Shown here piece after piece: positions 54,738-64,000 of a stretch of 64,000 nt of DNA. Each line of letters starts with the position of its first letter. Positions within the stretch are counted from its first letter, which is position 1. A model generated the notes under the pieces. It was not told the origin of the DNA and made no database searches. It worked only from the letters and a program-made list of their open reading frames with translations. The DNA is from an uncultured Candidatus Saccharibacteria bacterium (GTDB taxonomy: Bacteria > Patescibacteriota > Saccharimonadia > Saccharimonadales > Saccharimonadaceae). Location of the stretch: positions 20,719-84,718 of the forward strand of contig CAZADM010000001.1 of the NCBI GenBank assembly GCA_964483955.1. The letters run 5' to 3'. Made by a program: the position numbers and the translations under genes.

Positions 54738-56249
54738 ATGATAGAAATGATTATTGCCGCAGTGGTTGGTATTGCTGCGGGTATTGGGGGTACCTATACG
54801 TACGATCGCCGCAAAAGGGCACGCAATAACACTGCTGCAGATCAGGTGCTGGTTGATGCGAAAAGCAAAGCAGGCGACATTGTACTAAAGGCAAAAGAAG
54901 ATGCACTCAGCCTCACTAACGAAGCAAACCGCGAAGAGGCCGAGCGTCGTAAGAGCTGGCAGAAGACCGAGAATCGGCTTGCGGAACGAGAGCTCAATCT
55001 TGATAAGAAGCTTGACGAGCTTGATATTCGTACGGAAAAGCTACGCAAGCATGAAGATGAGGTCGAATCATTGAAGGATGAGATTCGCGACATTCGCACT
55101 CGTCAGCAAGACAAACTTGAAAAAATTGCAGGCCTTAAAAAGGGCGAAGCTGCCGAAAAGCTTCTTGAGATGACAGAGCGAGATATCAAGAATGATCTTA
55201 CGGGCCTTGTCTCGAAGCTTCAGAACGATGCAAAAGAGACCGCTGAAGAGCAGGCTCAGCTTATCCTGGTGACTGCAATGGAACGAATGAGTAGTGAGGT
55301 GACTGCAGAGCGAACCGTTACTGCACTGAAGTTAACCGACGATGAAATGAAGGGCCGTATTATCGGTAAGGAAGGGCGTAATATCCAAGCACTCCAACGT
55401 GCAACGGGCGTTGATGTACTTGTTGATGATACACCGGGAATGGTAATCCTCTCCAGCTTTGATCCGCTCCGAAGGCAGGTTGCCCGGCTAAGCCTTGAGA
55501 TGCTCATGAAGGACGGGCGTATTCACCCAGGTCGTATTGAAGAGGTTGTTGCCAAGGCAACCAAGGAAATTGACAAAGAAGTTGTTCGAGCAGGCGAGGA
55601 TGCTGCACGCGAGGTGGGTGTTATCGGAATTCCAAAGGAAATGATACGTCTCTTGGGAGAATTGAAGTTCCGCACTAGCTACGGGCAGAATGTGCTTATG
55701 CACAGTACAGAGATGGCACACATGGCAGGGCTGATTGCAGAGGAGATTGGTGCCGATGTTCGCACAGTGAAGACAGCAACACTACTCCATGACATTGGCA
55801 AGGCGGTCACGCACAAGGTTGAAGGGAAGCATCACCATATTGGTGCTGAGCTTGCTCGTAAGTATGGCATGAGCGACGCTATCGTGCATGCTATTGAGGC
55901 ACACCACGATGATGTCGAGGCAACCACTGTTGAGGCACTTGTTGTTCGTGTTTGTGATGCTTTGTCTGCGGCACGGCCAGGTGCACGTAATATTAGTGCA
56001 GAAAATTTCGCAGAACGTATGCGTGATCTTGAAAATATTGCAAATAGCTTCCCAGGAATCCAGAAGTCATATGCTATTAGTGCGGGTCGTGAGGTTCGAG
56101 TTATTGTACGCCCAGAAAATGTCGACGACTTGACGGCGATTAAGCTTGCACGTGACATTGCCAATAAGATTGAAGGGACAATGCAGTACCCTGGGACAAT
56201 CAAGGTGAATGTCATCAGGGAGACGCGAGCGATAGAGTTTGCGAAGTAG
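54738..56249 (+). CDS. rny: Ribonuclease Y
   Basis: N-terminal TM (MIIAAVVGIAAGIGG), coiled coil, KH domain (GRIIGKEGRNIQALQRATGV) and HD domain (LLHDIGKA...HHHIGAE). The start is at 54738, after AAGGAAGG. Confidence 0.92.
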   Translation: MIEMIIAAVVGIAAGIGGTYTYDRRKRARNNTAADQVLVDAKSKAGDIVLKAKEDALSLTNEANREEAERRKSWQKTENRLAERELNLDKKLDELDIRTEKLRKHEDEVESLKDEIRDIRTRQQDKLEKIAGLKKGEAAEKLLEMTERDIKNDLTGLVSKLQNDAKETAEEQAQLILVTAMERMSSEVTAERTVTALKLTDDEMKGRIIGKEGRNIQALQRATGVDVLVDDTPGMVILSSFDPLRRQVARLSLEMLMKDGRIHPGRIEEVVAKATKEIDKEVVRAGEDAAREVGVIGIPKEMIRLLGELKFRTSYGQNVLMHSTEMAHMAGLIAEEIGADVRTVKTATLLHDIGKAVTHKVEGKHHHIGAELARKYGMSDAIVHAIEAHHDDVEATTVEALVVRVCDALSAARPGARNISAENFAERMRDLENIANSFPGIQKSYAISAGREVRVIVRPENVDDLTAIKLARDIANKIEGTMQYPGTIKVNVIRETRAIEFAK

Positions 56250-56274
56250 TAAGTAGACTTTTAATGAGAGGGTG

Positions 56275-56943
56275 CTATAGGTGGCGCAGTGCTGCGGATC
56301 CTAGAGCACTCTTTTTAAGTTCCTTTGCACGTCTCATTTTTTTATCGGCTTCTATGCGTAGTTCGGCAAAAGTCATCCCTGGTAATCCGATCGTGGAACC
56401 GATGGAGACACCAAAGGAGGTATCTGCAAGTTTCGGCTGCTCCTCTAGGATTTTATCAATATTTGCGTGAATTCTTGTTGCAATTATATCGATATCATCG
56501 ACACCTATCGGCATTTGCGAGTGGTCACTTCGTACGGTCTTGTCTGCGATTATAATAAACTCATCGCCTCCAATACGTGCGACGATATCATCTACTCGTA
56601 CTGAGGCTGTAAGGGCTTCGGCAACAACTTGAATTGTCTGGTCTCCAACCTCATGTCCAAAATGCTTATTGATTTGACCAAAGTTGTCACCGTCAATAAA
56701 GAAGATGGCTTTATTGGCTGCATCATGGTCCTCTAGGTGGTCGGACAAGCCCTGGCCATTAAGCAATCCCGTGAGGCCGTCGTGAGTTGCCCGGTATCGT
56801 TCGTATTCTAGCTGTTCTTTCTGTTGAGCGTGTTGCTCTAGTAGATTGGCGTATGATTCCAAAAGTCTATCAGGGTTTGAGTCATAGGAAAAATCACTTT
56901 CTGCAAGCACCTTTATCTCTTTGCTATCACCTGAGAAAATCAT
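56275..56943 (-). CDS. Single-domain GGDEF diguanylate cyclase with an intact I-site
   Basis: THDGLTGLLN, FFIDGDNFGQINKHFGHEVGD, RVDDIVARIGGDEFIII (RxxD five residues before GGDEF). Confidence 0.85.
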   Translation of the reverse strand: MIFSGDSKEIKVLAESDFSYDSNPDRLLESYANLLEQHAQQKEQLEYERYRATHDGLTGLLNGQGLSDHLEDHDAANKAIFFIDGDNFGQINKHFGHEVGDQTIQVVAEALTASVRVDDIVARIGGDEFIIIADKTVRSDHSQMPIGVDDIDIIATRIHANIDKILEEQPKLADTSFGVSIGSTIGLPGMTFAELRIEADKKMRRAKELKKSALGSAALRHL

Positions 56944-57011
56944 AGTTAGTCTATTATAACATAATCAGGTTAAAAAATCAATATTCATTTGGTCGGAGCC
57001 CTTACAGGGGG

Positions 57012-57048
57012 GTGTAAAATAAATAACCACCGTTAGTAGTGGTTATTT
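57012..57048 (-). terminator. Intrinsic terminator downstream of tRNA-Pro
   Basis: A perfect 10-bp stem, AAATAACCAC / GTGGTTATTT, with an 8-nt loop. The minus strand continues TATTTTAC. Confidence 0.65.
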
Positions 57049-57107
57049 CTAAATCCATGCGGATTAATTTCGAATTTCTAATGCACTTGTTTCTAATAAG
57101 AGCATTA

Positions 57108-57184
57108 TGGTCGGGGTGAAAGGACTCGAACCTTCGACCTCACGGTCCCAAACCGCGCGCGCTAGCCAACTGCGCCACACCCCG
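57108..57184 (-). tRNA. tRNA-Pro (TGG)
   Basis: Hand-folded as CGGGGTG TG GCGC AGTTGGCTA GCGC G CGCGG TTTGGGA CCGTG AGGTC GAAGG TTCGAGT CCTTT CACCCCG A CCA. Confidence 0.9.
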
Positions 57185-57285
57185 ATAACAGGGCTACAGA
57201 ATACTGTAACTTTAGTAATTATATGATATTTGCTTCTAAAATGCTAGTAGAAAGTATTATAATTGTCCTGTATAAATAAGGGGGT

Positions 57286-58800
57286 ATGAAAGTTATTCTC
57301 GGTATTTTACTAAAGATCGAAAAGTATTGGCTGCTTGTGGCTGCCCTTGGTGCATTTTCTTTCTTCCTTATCACGCTATTTGTATCTACTGGGCAGTCGG
57401 TGTGGTTTGACGAGGGGTACTCAATCCTTTTGGCGAAAAGTAGCTACGGCGAGCTTCTTTCGCTTACTGCTGTTGATGCACATCCGCCGCTCTACTACCT
57501 TTTGCTAAAAGCATGGGGGGATACATTTGGGTATGGTGAGTTTGCACTGAGGAGCCTGAGTGCTGCACTAATGGCTGGTGCTGTTTTTGTTGCGACGGTC
57601 CTTGTCCGACGAATGTACTCGGTTCGGGTGGCACTTATTGCGTTGCCGTTCATAATCCTTTCACCGTTTGTATTGCGATACGGATATGAGATACGTATGT
57701 ATGCACTGGCAACACTTATTGCCGTCGCTGCAACGTACGCACTCCTTCGGGCACGGTCTGAAAAGGGTCGGCTATGGTGGGGGGTGTATGCCGTTTTGGT
57801 TGCCCTTGGTATGTACACGCTCTATATGATGGCCGCAGTATGGCTTGCGCATCTAGTGTGGCTTATGTGTGTTTCAGTAAAATCTAAAGATCGAAAACCG
57901 CTGCTGCAATCACCCTGGGTCTATGCCTTTGGGGGTGCAATTGTGCTCTTTGTCCCGTACATCGCTACGTTTTTCCGCCAGCTCACAAGTTCTGCGCTGC
58001 CTGGGATAGGTAATGAAATAACAATTTCACAATTAGCACATATTGGCGGCATGCTGACAATGTTTACGCCCGAATGGTCACTTGGTGGTGTCTTAAGTAT
58101 CGTACTTATTGCGGGAGTGACTATTGCTTCGATTCTTGCGGTGAGGGCATATCGCTCTATGACATCTATTCAGAAGAGGTATTACCTCCTCATTCTTTCT
58201 CTTGTGGCTACTCCGGTTATCTTTTATGCACTCGTGTCTATTATTAGTCCTATTTTCATTGTCCGCTATATGGCACATACAGCTATATTCTTTTCTATCT
58301 TTACTGGTATTGCCGTCGCTTTTGCTCTACTGCGTACTGGTATGAGCCGGCCCCAGAGGATACGTACTGCTATCGCAAGTGTCGGCCTTCTGTGTATGCA
58401 TGTGTTTGGTGTTGTTGTGCTAAATAATACGGGCAACTTTATCTTTGAGCGAATGCAGCACCCATCTACAGCACTTGTAAAGGAAGTTGTTTCTTGCGAT
58501 GATTCGACGCAAGTTATTGCAGAAGATCCGTATACCTATATAGATGCTGTCTATTATTTTGGTACATGTCCTTTGTACTTCTTTAGTCCAGAGAACGTTG
58601 CGTACAAAGGCGGATATGCAATGCTCCATAACAGCACTTTCCGCGTCGCTTCAGGGCAAGATGTTACAGCTCGGACTGTTATTGTACTTGGCTGGGAGGG
58701 GAAGGACTCAAATATCTCTCTTGGGTCGCGGTATCACAAAGAAGCCGTTTATACATTTGATAAGCAGCGAGTAACACGGTACCAGCTTATCGCGGAATAA
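57286..58800 (+). CDS. GT-C fold glycosyltransferase (ArnT/PMT, GT39/GT83-like)
   Basis: About 11 TM helices, an N-terminal loop WFDEGYS, DAHPPLYYLLLKAWG, and a C-terminal soluble domain. Confidence 0.7.
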   Translation: MKVILGILLKIEKYWLLVAALGAFSFFLITLFVSTGQSVWFDEGYSILLAKSSYGELLSLTAVDAHPPLYYLLLKAWGDTFGYGEFALRSLSAALMAGAVFVATVLVRRMYSVRVALIALPFIILSPFVLRYGYEIRMYALATLIAVAATYALLRARSEKGRLWWGVYAVLVALGMYTLYMMAAVWLAHLVWLMCVSVKSKDRKPLLQSPWVYAFGGAIVLFVPYIATFFRQLTSSALPGIGNEITISQLAHIGGMLTMFTPEWSLGGVLSIVLIAGVTIASILAVRAYRSMTSIQKRYYLLILSLVATPVIFYALVSIISPIFIVRYMAHTAIFFSIFTGIAVAFALLRTGMSRPQRIRTAIASVGLLCMHVFGVVVLNNTGNFIFERMQHPSTALVKEVVSCDDSTQVIAEDPYTYIDAVYYFGTCPLYFFSPENVAYKGGYAMLHNSTFRVASGQDVTARTVIVLGWEGKDSNISLGSRYHKEAVYTFDKQRVTRYQLIAE

Positions 58801-59914
58801 TCTTGAATAGGAATTTTGTTCTTACGGCGGTGTAGATTATCGCAAGTAGCAAAAGCGAACCAAGTGCGTTAATGACGATATTAGTTCCTGTGCCTGGAGT
58901 AATAAGAAGGTGTGCAAAAAAGAGTAGTATGGCATGGAGAATGTATACATACAGTGAATTTTGCCCAAAGGGAATGAGTATCCACCCCAGGTATTTTTTT
59001 ATTACCGCTTCGTACCTATTGAATGCATAGAATCCAAGGGCAAACCACAAAGAGAAGAGTACAAGTCGAAGAGGCGAGAGGGCCTCTTTATTGAAAAGTG
59101 GTGCGAGTGTTGTCGAAATTGAATTGGCTAATTCGGATCCAGGCAACCCAAGTGCAGGGATGACCGAGATGATGATATTCGACACGAGCGTTATTGCTGC
59201 AATACTAATGATAGGGGTGAGAATGCGCTTTTTTGTCTGTTCTTTTAGGGCTGCCCATCGCTCGGCAAGGGGCTCCCAGTAGAACCCAACTGTTAGACCG
59301 GCAAAGAAGATGAATTGCCACGAGAAGAGCATAAGGAGCTCTACCGAGTTGCCAGTGAGGGACTGGATGATCGGGAAGAGTGCCCAGACACCCGCACTGA
59401 CAGCCATAAGCATGTGCCATTTATTCTTTCGGAGAAGCCAGAGGGCGAGTGGGCTGATGATAATGAATACACTATAAAGGCGAAGGAAGTCGGCCCATCC
59501 ATAAATATAGTTAAAGCTAAGGGCTCCAATAATAACAGAGATAATTGATTCATCTGGTGGTCTAATTCCCGGCTTAAGTCCAGGGTTGTCGATAAATAGC
59601 CAGCCAATGAAGGTGAATGCGAGCATGAGAACGACGCTTGTTGCGTATAGGACGACACCACGATTTAACAGAAGGAGTGCGGCTTTTCTGAACGGCTCGT
59701 TAAGGAGCTTCCGTCCACGTATGATCCCAAGGACGATGCCCGAGATAAAAAAGAAGCCCTCTGCAGCAGATACGAAGAGCGATCCTCTTAGTGCCACCCA
59801 ATCAAGGCCATTTGGGTACCATTGAAGATGGTTGAGGATAATTGAGACCATGAAATAGCCTCTGAGCAAATCAAAAGTAAGGATTCGTTTCGATTTTTTT
59901 GTGTCTGCAGCCAT
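58787..59914 (-). CDS. Acyltransferase-3/OpgC-like polytopic membrane protein
   Basis: FDLLRGYFMVSIILNHL plus about 10 TM helices. The 3' end overlaps the convergent GT gene by 14 nt. Confidence 0.5.
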   Translation of the reverse strand: MAADTKKSKRILTFDLLRGYFMVSIILNHLQWYPNGLDWVALRGSLFVSAAEGFFFISGIVLGIIRGRKLLNEPFRKAALLLLNRGVVLYATSVVLMLAFTFIGWLFIDNPGLKPGIRPPDESIISVIIGALSFNYIYGWADFLRLYSVFIIISPLALWLLRKNKWHMLMAVSAGVWALFPIIQSLTGNSVELLMLFSWQFIFFAGLTVGFYWEPLAERWAALKEQTKKRILTPIISIAAITLVSNIIISVIPALGLPGSELANSISTTLAPLFNKEALSPLRLVLFSLWFALGFYAFNRYEAVIKKYLGWILIPFGQNSLYVYILHAILLFFAHLLITPGTGTNIVINALGSLLLLAIIYTAVRTKFLFKIIPR

Positions 59915-59966
59915 CTATTTTATTATACCGCACAAGACCTTGTGTAAGCAGGAGTATACTAAGAGC

Positions 59967-60812
59967 ATGAAGTTTATTGTTGCCACTAGTGGCGGTGTTG
60001 ATTCTATGGTACTGCTTGATATGATGGTGCGGCATTTTGGTGCTGCGTCTATTGTTGTTGCCCATTTTGATCATGGCATCCGAAAGGAATCGCATGAAGA
60101 CGCTCAGTTCGTGCGGACGCAAGCTGCTCTCTATGGATGCACCTTCGAACTTGGTCATGGGGAGCTTGGTGCCAGTGCAAGTGAGGAGAAAGCCCGGAAG
60201 TACAGATACGCCTTTCTTCATGGGTTGTCCGTGAAATATACCGCAACCCTCGTTGTTGCACATCATCTTGACGATTTGGTAGAGACGGTGGCACTGCAGC
60301 TTATGAGGGGTACGGGATGGCGGGGCCTTACTCCGTTTGGGCAGTTTGTCGTGCGGCCACTGTTACGTATGACAAAACAGCAACTTATTAGCTATGCCGA
60401 GCGGCACGGAATTGACTGGCATGAAGACGCTACAAACAGTGGCTTAAAGTATGCCAGGAATCGGATTCGGCCAGCGGTCTCAAAGCTCCCCCTTGATAGC
60501 AAGCTTCAAGTTGCCGCTTTGGCGACACGGCAATGGGAAATTAGAAGGGAAGTTGAGGCCGAGGTGGCAAAGCTTGTCCCGGGGCCTCAATTTTCTCGTT
60601 ATTTTTTTATCATGCTTGATACTGCCGTCAGAGAAGAGCTCTTGCGTCACATTGTTAGGGGAAGGTTGACACGACCACAGCTGGCACGCCTGGGGCTTGC
60701 TGTTTGCGTTGCAAAGGCCGGAACTATATATCATGCAGGCTCTGGTGTTAAAATCCACTTCACTACTCGTCAATTTACTGTGGAACTGGTAGAATTAAAG
60801 GAAGATAGTTAG
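59967..60812 (+). CDS. tilS: tRNA(Ile)-lysidine synthase, short form
   Basis: PP-loop VATSGGVDSMVLLDM, HFDHGIR..S, AHHLDDLVET, YARNRIR. The start is set at MKFIV (59967). Confidence 0.85.
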   Translation: MKFIVATSGGVDSMVLLDMMVRHFGAASIVVAHFDHGIRKESHEDAQFVRTQAALYGCTFELGHGELGASASEEKARKYRYAFLHGLSVKYTATLVVAHHLDDLVETVALQLMRGTGWRGLTPFGQFVVRPLLRMTKQQLISYAERHGIDWHEDATNSGLKYARNRIRPAVSKLPLDSKLQVAALATRQWEIRREVEAEVAKLVPGPQFSRYFFIMLDTAVREELLRHIVRGRLTRPQLARLGLAVCVAKAGTIYHAGSGVKIHFTTRQFTVELVELKEDS

Positions 60813-60853
60813 TGAGTTATTTCTCCAATTCCTGAAAGGACATGTAGTTTTTT

Positions 60854-62716
60854 ATGGCAGCAACCGCCCCATCACCGAAAAAGAAATCGAGTACCATTTT
60901 ACGCCTGACACTTTTCTGGGCTATTGTTGTGTTTGGCGCACTTGTCGTCTATGCAATGACCGCACCAGGCGAGTCACTTAAAGAGGTGGCAATTTCTGAT
61001 GTTATTAAGCGTGCGAATGACGGGAAGATAAGTAAGATTGTCGTTGAGGGGAACTCCCTTACTATTACGCCAGAGGGGAGCGACAAGCCAACCGAAAAGT
61101 CACTCAAGGATGGCTCTGGAAGCCTTCAAGATCAAGGCCTTAAGGATAGTGCAAACGTTACTATTGAGGTAAAGCAACCGTCCAATACGGGTGATATAAT
61201 CTGGAATCTCGCAATTATTATCCTCCCCGTTCTTCTTATTGTTGGTTTCTTCATGTTTATGATGCGACAAGCCCAGGGTCAGAGCAATCAAGCAATGGGA
61301 TTTGGAAAGTCCAAGGCTAAGCTGTACGGTGAAGATAAGACGAAAGTTATGTTTAGCGATATTGCTGGAAACGAGGCTGCAAAACAAGACTTAGAAGAAG
61401 TTGTAGACTTTCTTAAGAGTCCAAAGAAGTACGAATCGTTGGGTGCAAAAATTCCAAAGGGTGTTCTTCTTGTAGGTCACCCCGGAACCGGAAAGACAAT
61501 GCTTGCTCGTGCGGTTGCGGGCGAAGCGGGGGTACCGTTCTTCAGTATCAGTGGTTCTGAATTTGTTGAGATGTTTGTTGGTGTGGGTGCATCTCGTGTT
61601 CGAGATTTATTTGCGAAGGCGAAGAAGAATGCACCGGCAATTATTTTCATCGACGAAATTGATGCCGTTGGCCGTCGCAGGGGAAGTGGCATGGGTGGTG
61701 GTCACGATGAGCGTGAGCAGACATTAAACCAAATTCTTGTTGAGATGGATGGTTTTGAAGTTGGCGCAAACGTTATTGTCCTCGCTGCAACAAACCGTGC
61801 AGACGTTCTTGATCCGGCACTACTTCGTCCAGGTCGCTTTGATCGACGAACAAACATTACACTTCCCGAGCGTAAAGATAGGGAGGCTATATTGAAGGTT
61901 CACTTCAAAAATAAGCCAACAGAAAAAGATGTAGATATAGCGGCACTTGCGGCAAAGACTGCAGGGTCTTCGGGTGCTGACCTTGCAAATATTGCTAATG
62001 AAGCGGCAATTATTGCTGCACGACGTGATTCTAAGAAGATATCAAACGCCGACCTCACAGAGGCCTTCGAAAAAGTGGCTATCGGTCCTGAGCGTAAGGC
62101 AAAAGTTATTAGCGATGATGAAAAGCGAATGACTGCATATCATGAAGCAGGCCATGCAATTGTTGGACACGTTCTTCCAGACAGCGACCCTGTCCACAAG
62201 GTAACTATCATCCCTCGTGGTGGTACAGGTGGCGTAACCTGGTTCCTTCCTCCTGAAGACCGAAGCTACACTAGTATTATAGAGTTCAAGGACATTCTTG
62301 CTCGAGCTATGGGTGGACGCGTCGCAGAGAAGGTAATTTATGGATCAGAACGGGTGACAACTGGTGCAGGATCGGATCTCCGTATGGCCACACAAATTGC
62401 CCGAGATATGGTTATTGAACAGGGTATGGGGACGAAGCTCCGTGACCAGGTATTCCATGAAGATAACGGTGGTATGGTATTTGACAAGATCACCCATGAA
62501 CGCCCTTACAGTGATGAGACGGCACGTGAAATTGATGCAGAGGTCGCCACTCTTATCAAGGAAGCTGCAGTTCGTGCAGAGGCTGTCATTGTAGCTAATC
62601 GACAGGCACTCGACGCCCTTGCTGATGCACTTGTCGAACAAGAAACGCTCGACGAGGCCGCTGTTGCAACTATCCTTAAGGACGCGAAGCTCCCCAAGGA
62701 CGCCGCATTGTATTAA
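60854..62716 (+). CDS. ftsH: ATP-dependent zinc metalloprotease FtsH
   Basis: Two TMs, AAA+ module ([37 protein letters not shown] region [20 protein letters not shown]) and Zn site HEAGHAIV. Confidence 0.95.
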   Translation: MAATAPSPKKKSSTILRLTLFWAIVVFGALVVYAMTAPGESLKEVAISDVIKRANDGKISKIVVEGNSLTITPEGSDKPTEKSLKDGSGSLQDQGLKDSANVTIEVKQPSNTGDIIWNLAIIILPVLLIVGFFMFMMRQAQGQSNQAMGFGKSKAKLYGEDKTKVMFSDIAGNEAAKQDLEEVVDFLKSPKKYESLGAKIPKGVLLVGHPGTGKTMLARAVAGEAGVPFFSISGSEFVEMFVGVGASRVRDLFAKAKKNAPAIIFIDEIDAVGRRRGSGMGGGHDEREQTLNQILVEMDGFEVGANVIVLAATNRADVLDPALLRPGRFDRRTNITLPERKDREAILKVHFKNKPTEKDVDIAALAAKTAGSSGADLANIANEAAIIAARRDSKKISNADLTEAFEKVAIGPERKAKVISDDEKRMTAYHEAGHAIVGHVLPDSDPVHKVTIIPRGGTGGVTWFLPPEDRSYTSIIEFKDILARAMGGRVAEKVIYGSERVTTGAGSDLRMATQIARDMVIEQGMGTKLRDQVFHEDNGGMVFDKITHERPYSDETAREIDAEVATLIKEAAVRAEAVIVANRQALDALADALVEQETLDEAAVATILKDAKLPKDAALY

Positions 62717-62751
62717 TTGCCTAGAAGACAGGCACAGCATGACTGTTATCC

Positions 62752-64000
62752 ATGATAAATTTTAAGAAAACTATCTCACTGGCAAATAAAAGGGTGCCGC
62801 TCAAGATTGCGGCAGCCCTTCTTGCCGGGTCCTCTCTGGTTGCAAGTATCCTTGGACTTCTGCGTGATAGGTTACTTAACGGCATGTATTACACAACATA
62901 TCCTACGGGTATCGATGCGTACACTGTTGCATTTACAATCCCCGACTTTATGTTTTTTATTCTTGTCTCGGGTGCACTGAGCGTTACATTTATTCCCGTA
63001 TTCAATCAGCGTCTTGCAAAGGGTAATAAGCGTTCAGCGTGGGAGCTTTCGACAAGTCTATTGAATTTTCTTGCACTGCTGACACTTGCAACGAGTGTCC
63101 TTATCATTATCTTCGCCGAGGTTCTTGTAAAATATGTCGTTGGCCCAGGGTTAGATGAATCAAGTACACACCTTGCAGTAAGTATGATGCGTGTTATTGC
63201 AGTGAACCCATTCCTATTTGCCGTTGCAACGGTTTTCGCAAGTATGCAGCAGGCGGTGGGGCGGTTTGCCTTTTTCGCACTTGCTCCAGTACTTTACAAT
63301 ATAGGTATTATTATTGGCGCCTTGTTCTTCACAAATGGCATATCTCTGTTTGGGTACCAGCTGTTTGAGGGCGGTATTATGGGTGTTGCACTAGGCGTGG
63401 TGCTTGGTTCTATATTGCAGCTTCTTGTTAGTAGCTTGGGTCTGCTAGGAATGGGATTTGACTACCGATTTAAGATATTCTGGCGTAACAAGGGGTTTCG
63501 ACAAGTGTTGCGATTACTCCCGCCACGGTCGCTTGATCAGGGGATAGATTACGTCAATAGTATTGTTGAAACTAATTTAGCATCACGATTGGCAGCCGGG
63601 AGTGTCCGTGCCTACCAACAGGCAACCTCACTTTCATTTGTTCCTATTAACCTTATCGGCGTGGCTATAAGTACGGCGGCATTTCCCAAGATGACAGAGC
63701 GTCTTGGGCAGGGGCGACCCGATCTCTTTAGGCGTGAGTTGCAATCAGTACTGCGTGTGATCGTCTGGCTGGCGCTCCCTACTGCAGTAATTGCCTACTT
63801 TGGCCGTGGTTACCTTGTGAACTTTATTAATAACGGCGGTGATCAATATATGTCAAGCATCCTTGGTATTCTTGCGGTCTCTATTCTTTTTCGGTCTATT
63901 TACTTTATTGCCGCACGAAGCTTTTATGCACAACAAGATACAAAAACGCCGCTCTATATATCGATCTTTACTATCGGGACTAATATCATTCTTGCAATTT
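62752..64000 (+). CDS. murJ: Lipid II flippase MurJ/MviN, N-terminal part (3' end lies outside the window)
   Basis: My own translation from the ATG at 62752 gives MINFKKTISLANKRVPLKIAAALLAGSSLVASILGLLRDRLLNGMY...GIDAYTVAFTIPDFMFFILVSGALSVTFIPVF, which fits the MurJ N-terminal pattern. It stays open to the window end, so it is absent from the ORF track. Confidence 0.8.
   Translation, partial: MINFKKTISLANKRVPLKIAAALLAGSSLVASILGLLRDRLLNGMYYTTYPTGIDAYTVAFTIPDFMFFILVSGALSVTFIPVFNQRLAKGNKRSAWELSTSLLNFLALLTLATSVLIIIFAEVLVKYVVGPGLDESSTHLAVSMMRVIAVNPFLFAVATVFASMQQAVGRFAFFALAPVLYNIGIIIGALFFTNGISLFGYQLFEGGIMGVALGVVLGSILQLLVSSLGLLGMGFDYRFKIFWRNKGFRQVLRLLPPRSLDQGIDYVNSIVETNLASRLAAGSVRAYQQATSLSFVPINLIGVAISTAAFPKMTERLGQGRPDLFRRELQSVLRVIVWLALPTAVIAYFGRGYLVNFINNGGDQYMSSILGILAVSILFRSIYFIAARSFYAQQDTKTPLYISIFTIGTNIILAI

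Overview
The window is a gene-dense stretch of about 64 kb (roughly 90% coding, many 4-bp start/stop overlaps) from a small-genome, monoderm-like bacterium. By inference only, it is most consistent with a Saccharibacteria/CPR-type organism: archaeal-type AspRS, a half-size TsaB, a short TilS, a type IV pilus operon with no secretin, many secreted proteins of unknown function, and few metabolic genes. The housekeeping genes I recognise are metK (3' fragment), tgt, aspS, murC, dinB, yebC, ruvC/ruvA/ruvB, recA/recX, pilBCMN(O) plus a pilin, tsaE/tsaB, rny, tilS, ftsH and murJ (5' fragment). There are four tRNAs, three with a CAT anticodon and one Pro-TGG. Two blocks stand out. (1) 11052-19026 is a seven-gene, same-strand locus of signal-peptide proteins. 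Four share a QFG(I/L)N-type motif and a C-terminal (T)PAGxYxxxhxhhAxxx[FY] end. Between them lie two Ig-like, C-terminally anchored paralogs with a DUF916/DUF3324-like layout and a PKD-domain membrane protein. I read this as a remote WxL/Csc-like, or donor-strand-type, surface fibre or adhesion system. (2) 3784-9837 is a translationally coupled, strongly diverged delta-alpha-gamma-beta-epsilon F1-type ATPase operon. It has no recognisable Fo a, c or b genes. In their place are a secreted protein ending in a c-subunit-like membrane hairpin and a soluble coiled-coil protein. Other oddities include widespread promoters that abut start codons (probably leaderless mRNAs), a degenerate IS200-like gene splitting ruvC from ruvAB, a flavoprotein disulfide reductase homolog without its CxxxxC, an ATP-cone-only NrdR-like protein, and a lamin-tail-domain surface protein with a triple Cys-hairpin repeat. 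I saw no CRISPR array, rRNA, integrase or clear prophage. All calls come from reading the sequence and translations; no database search was run.
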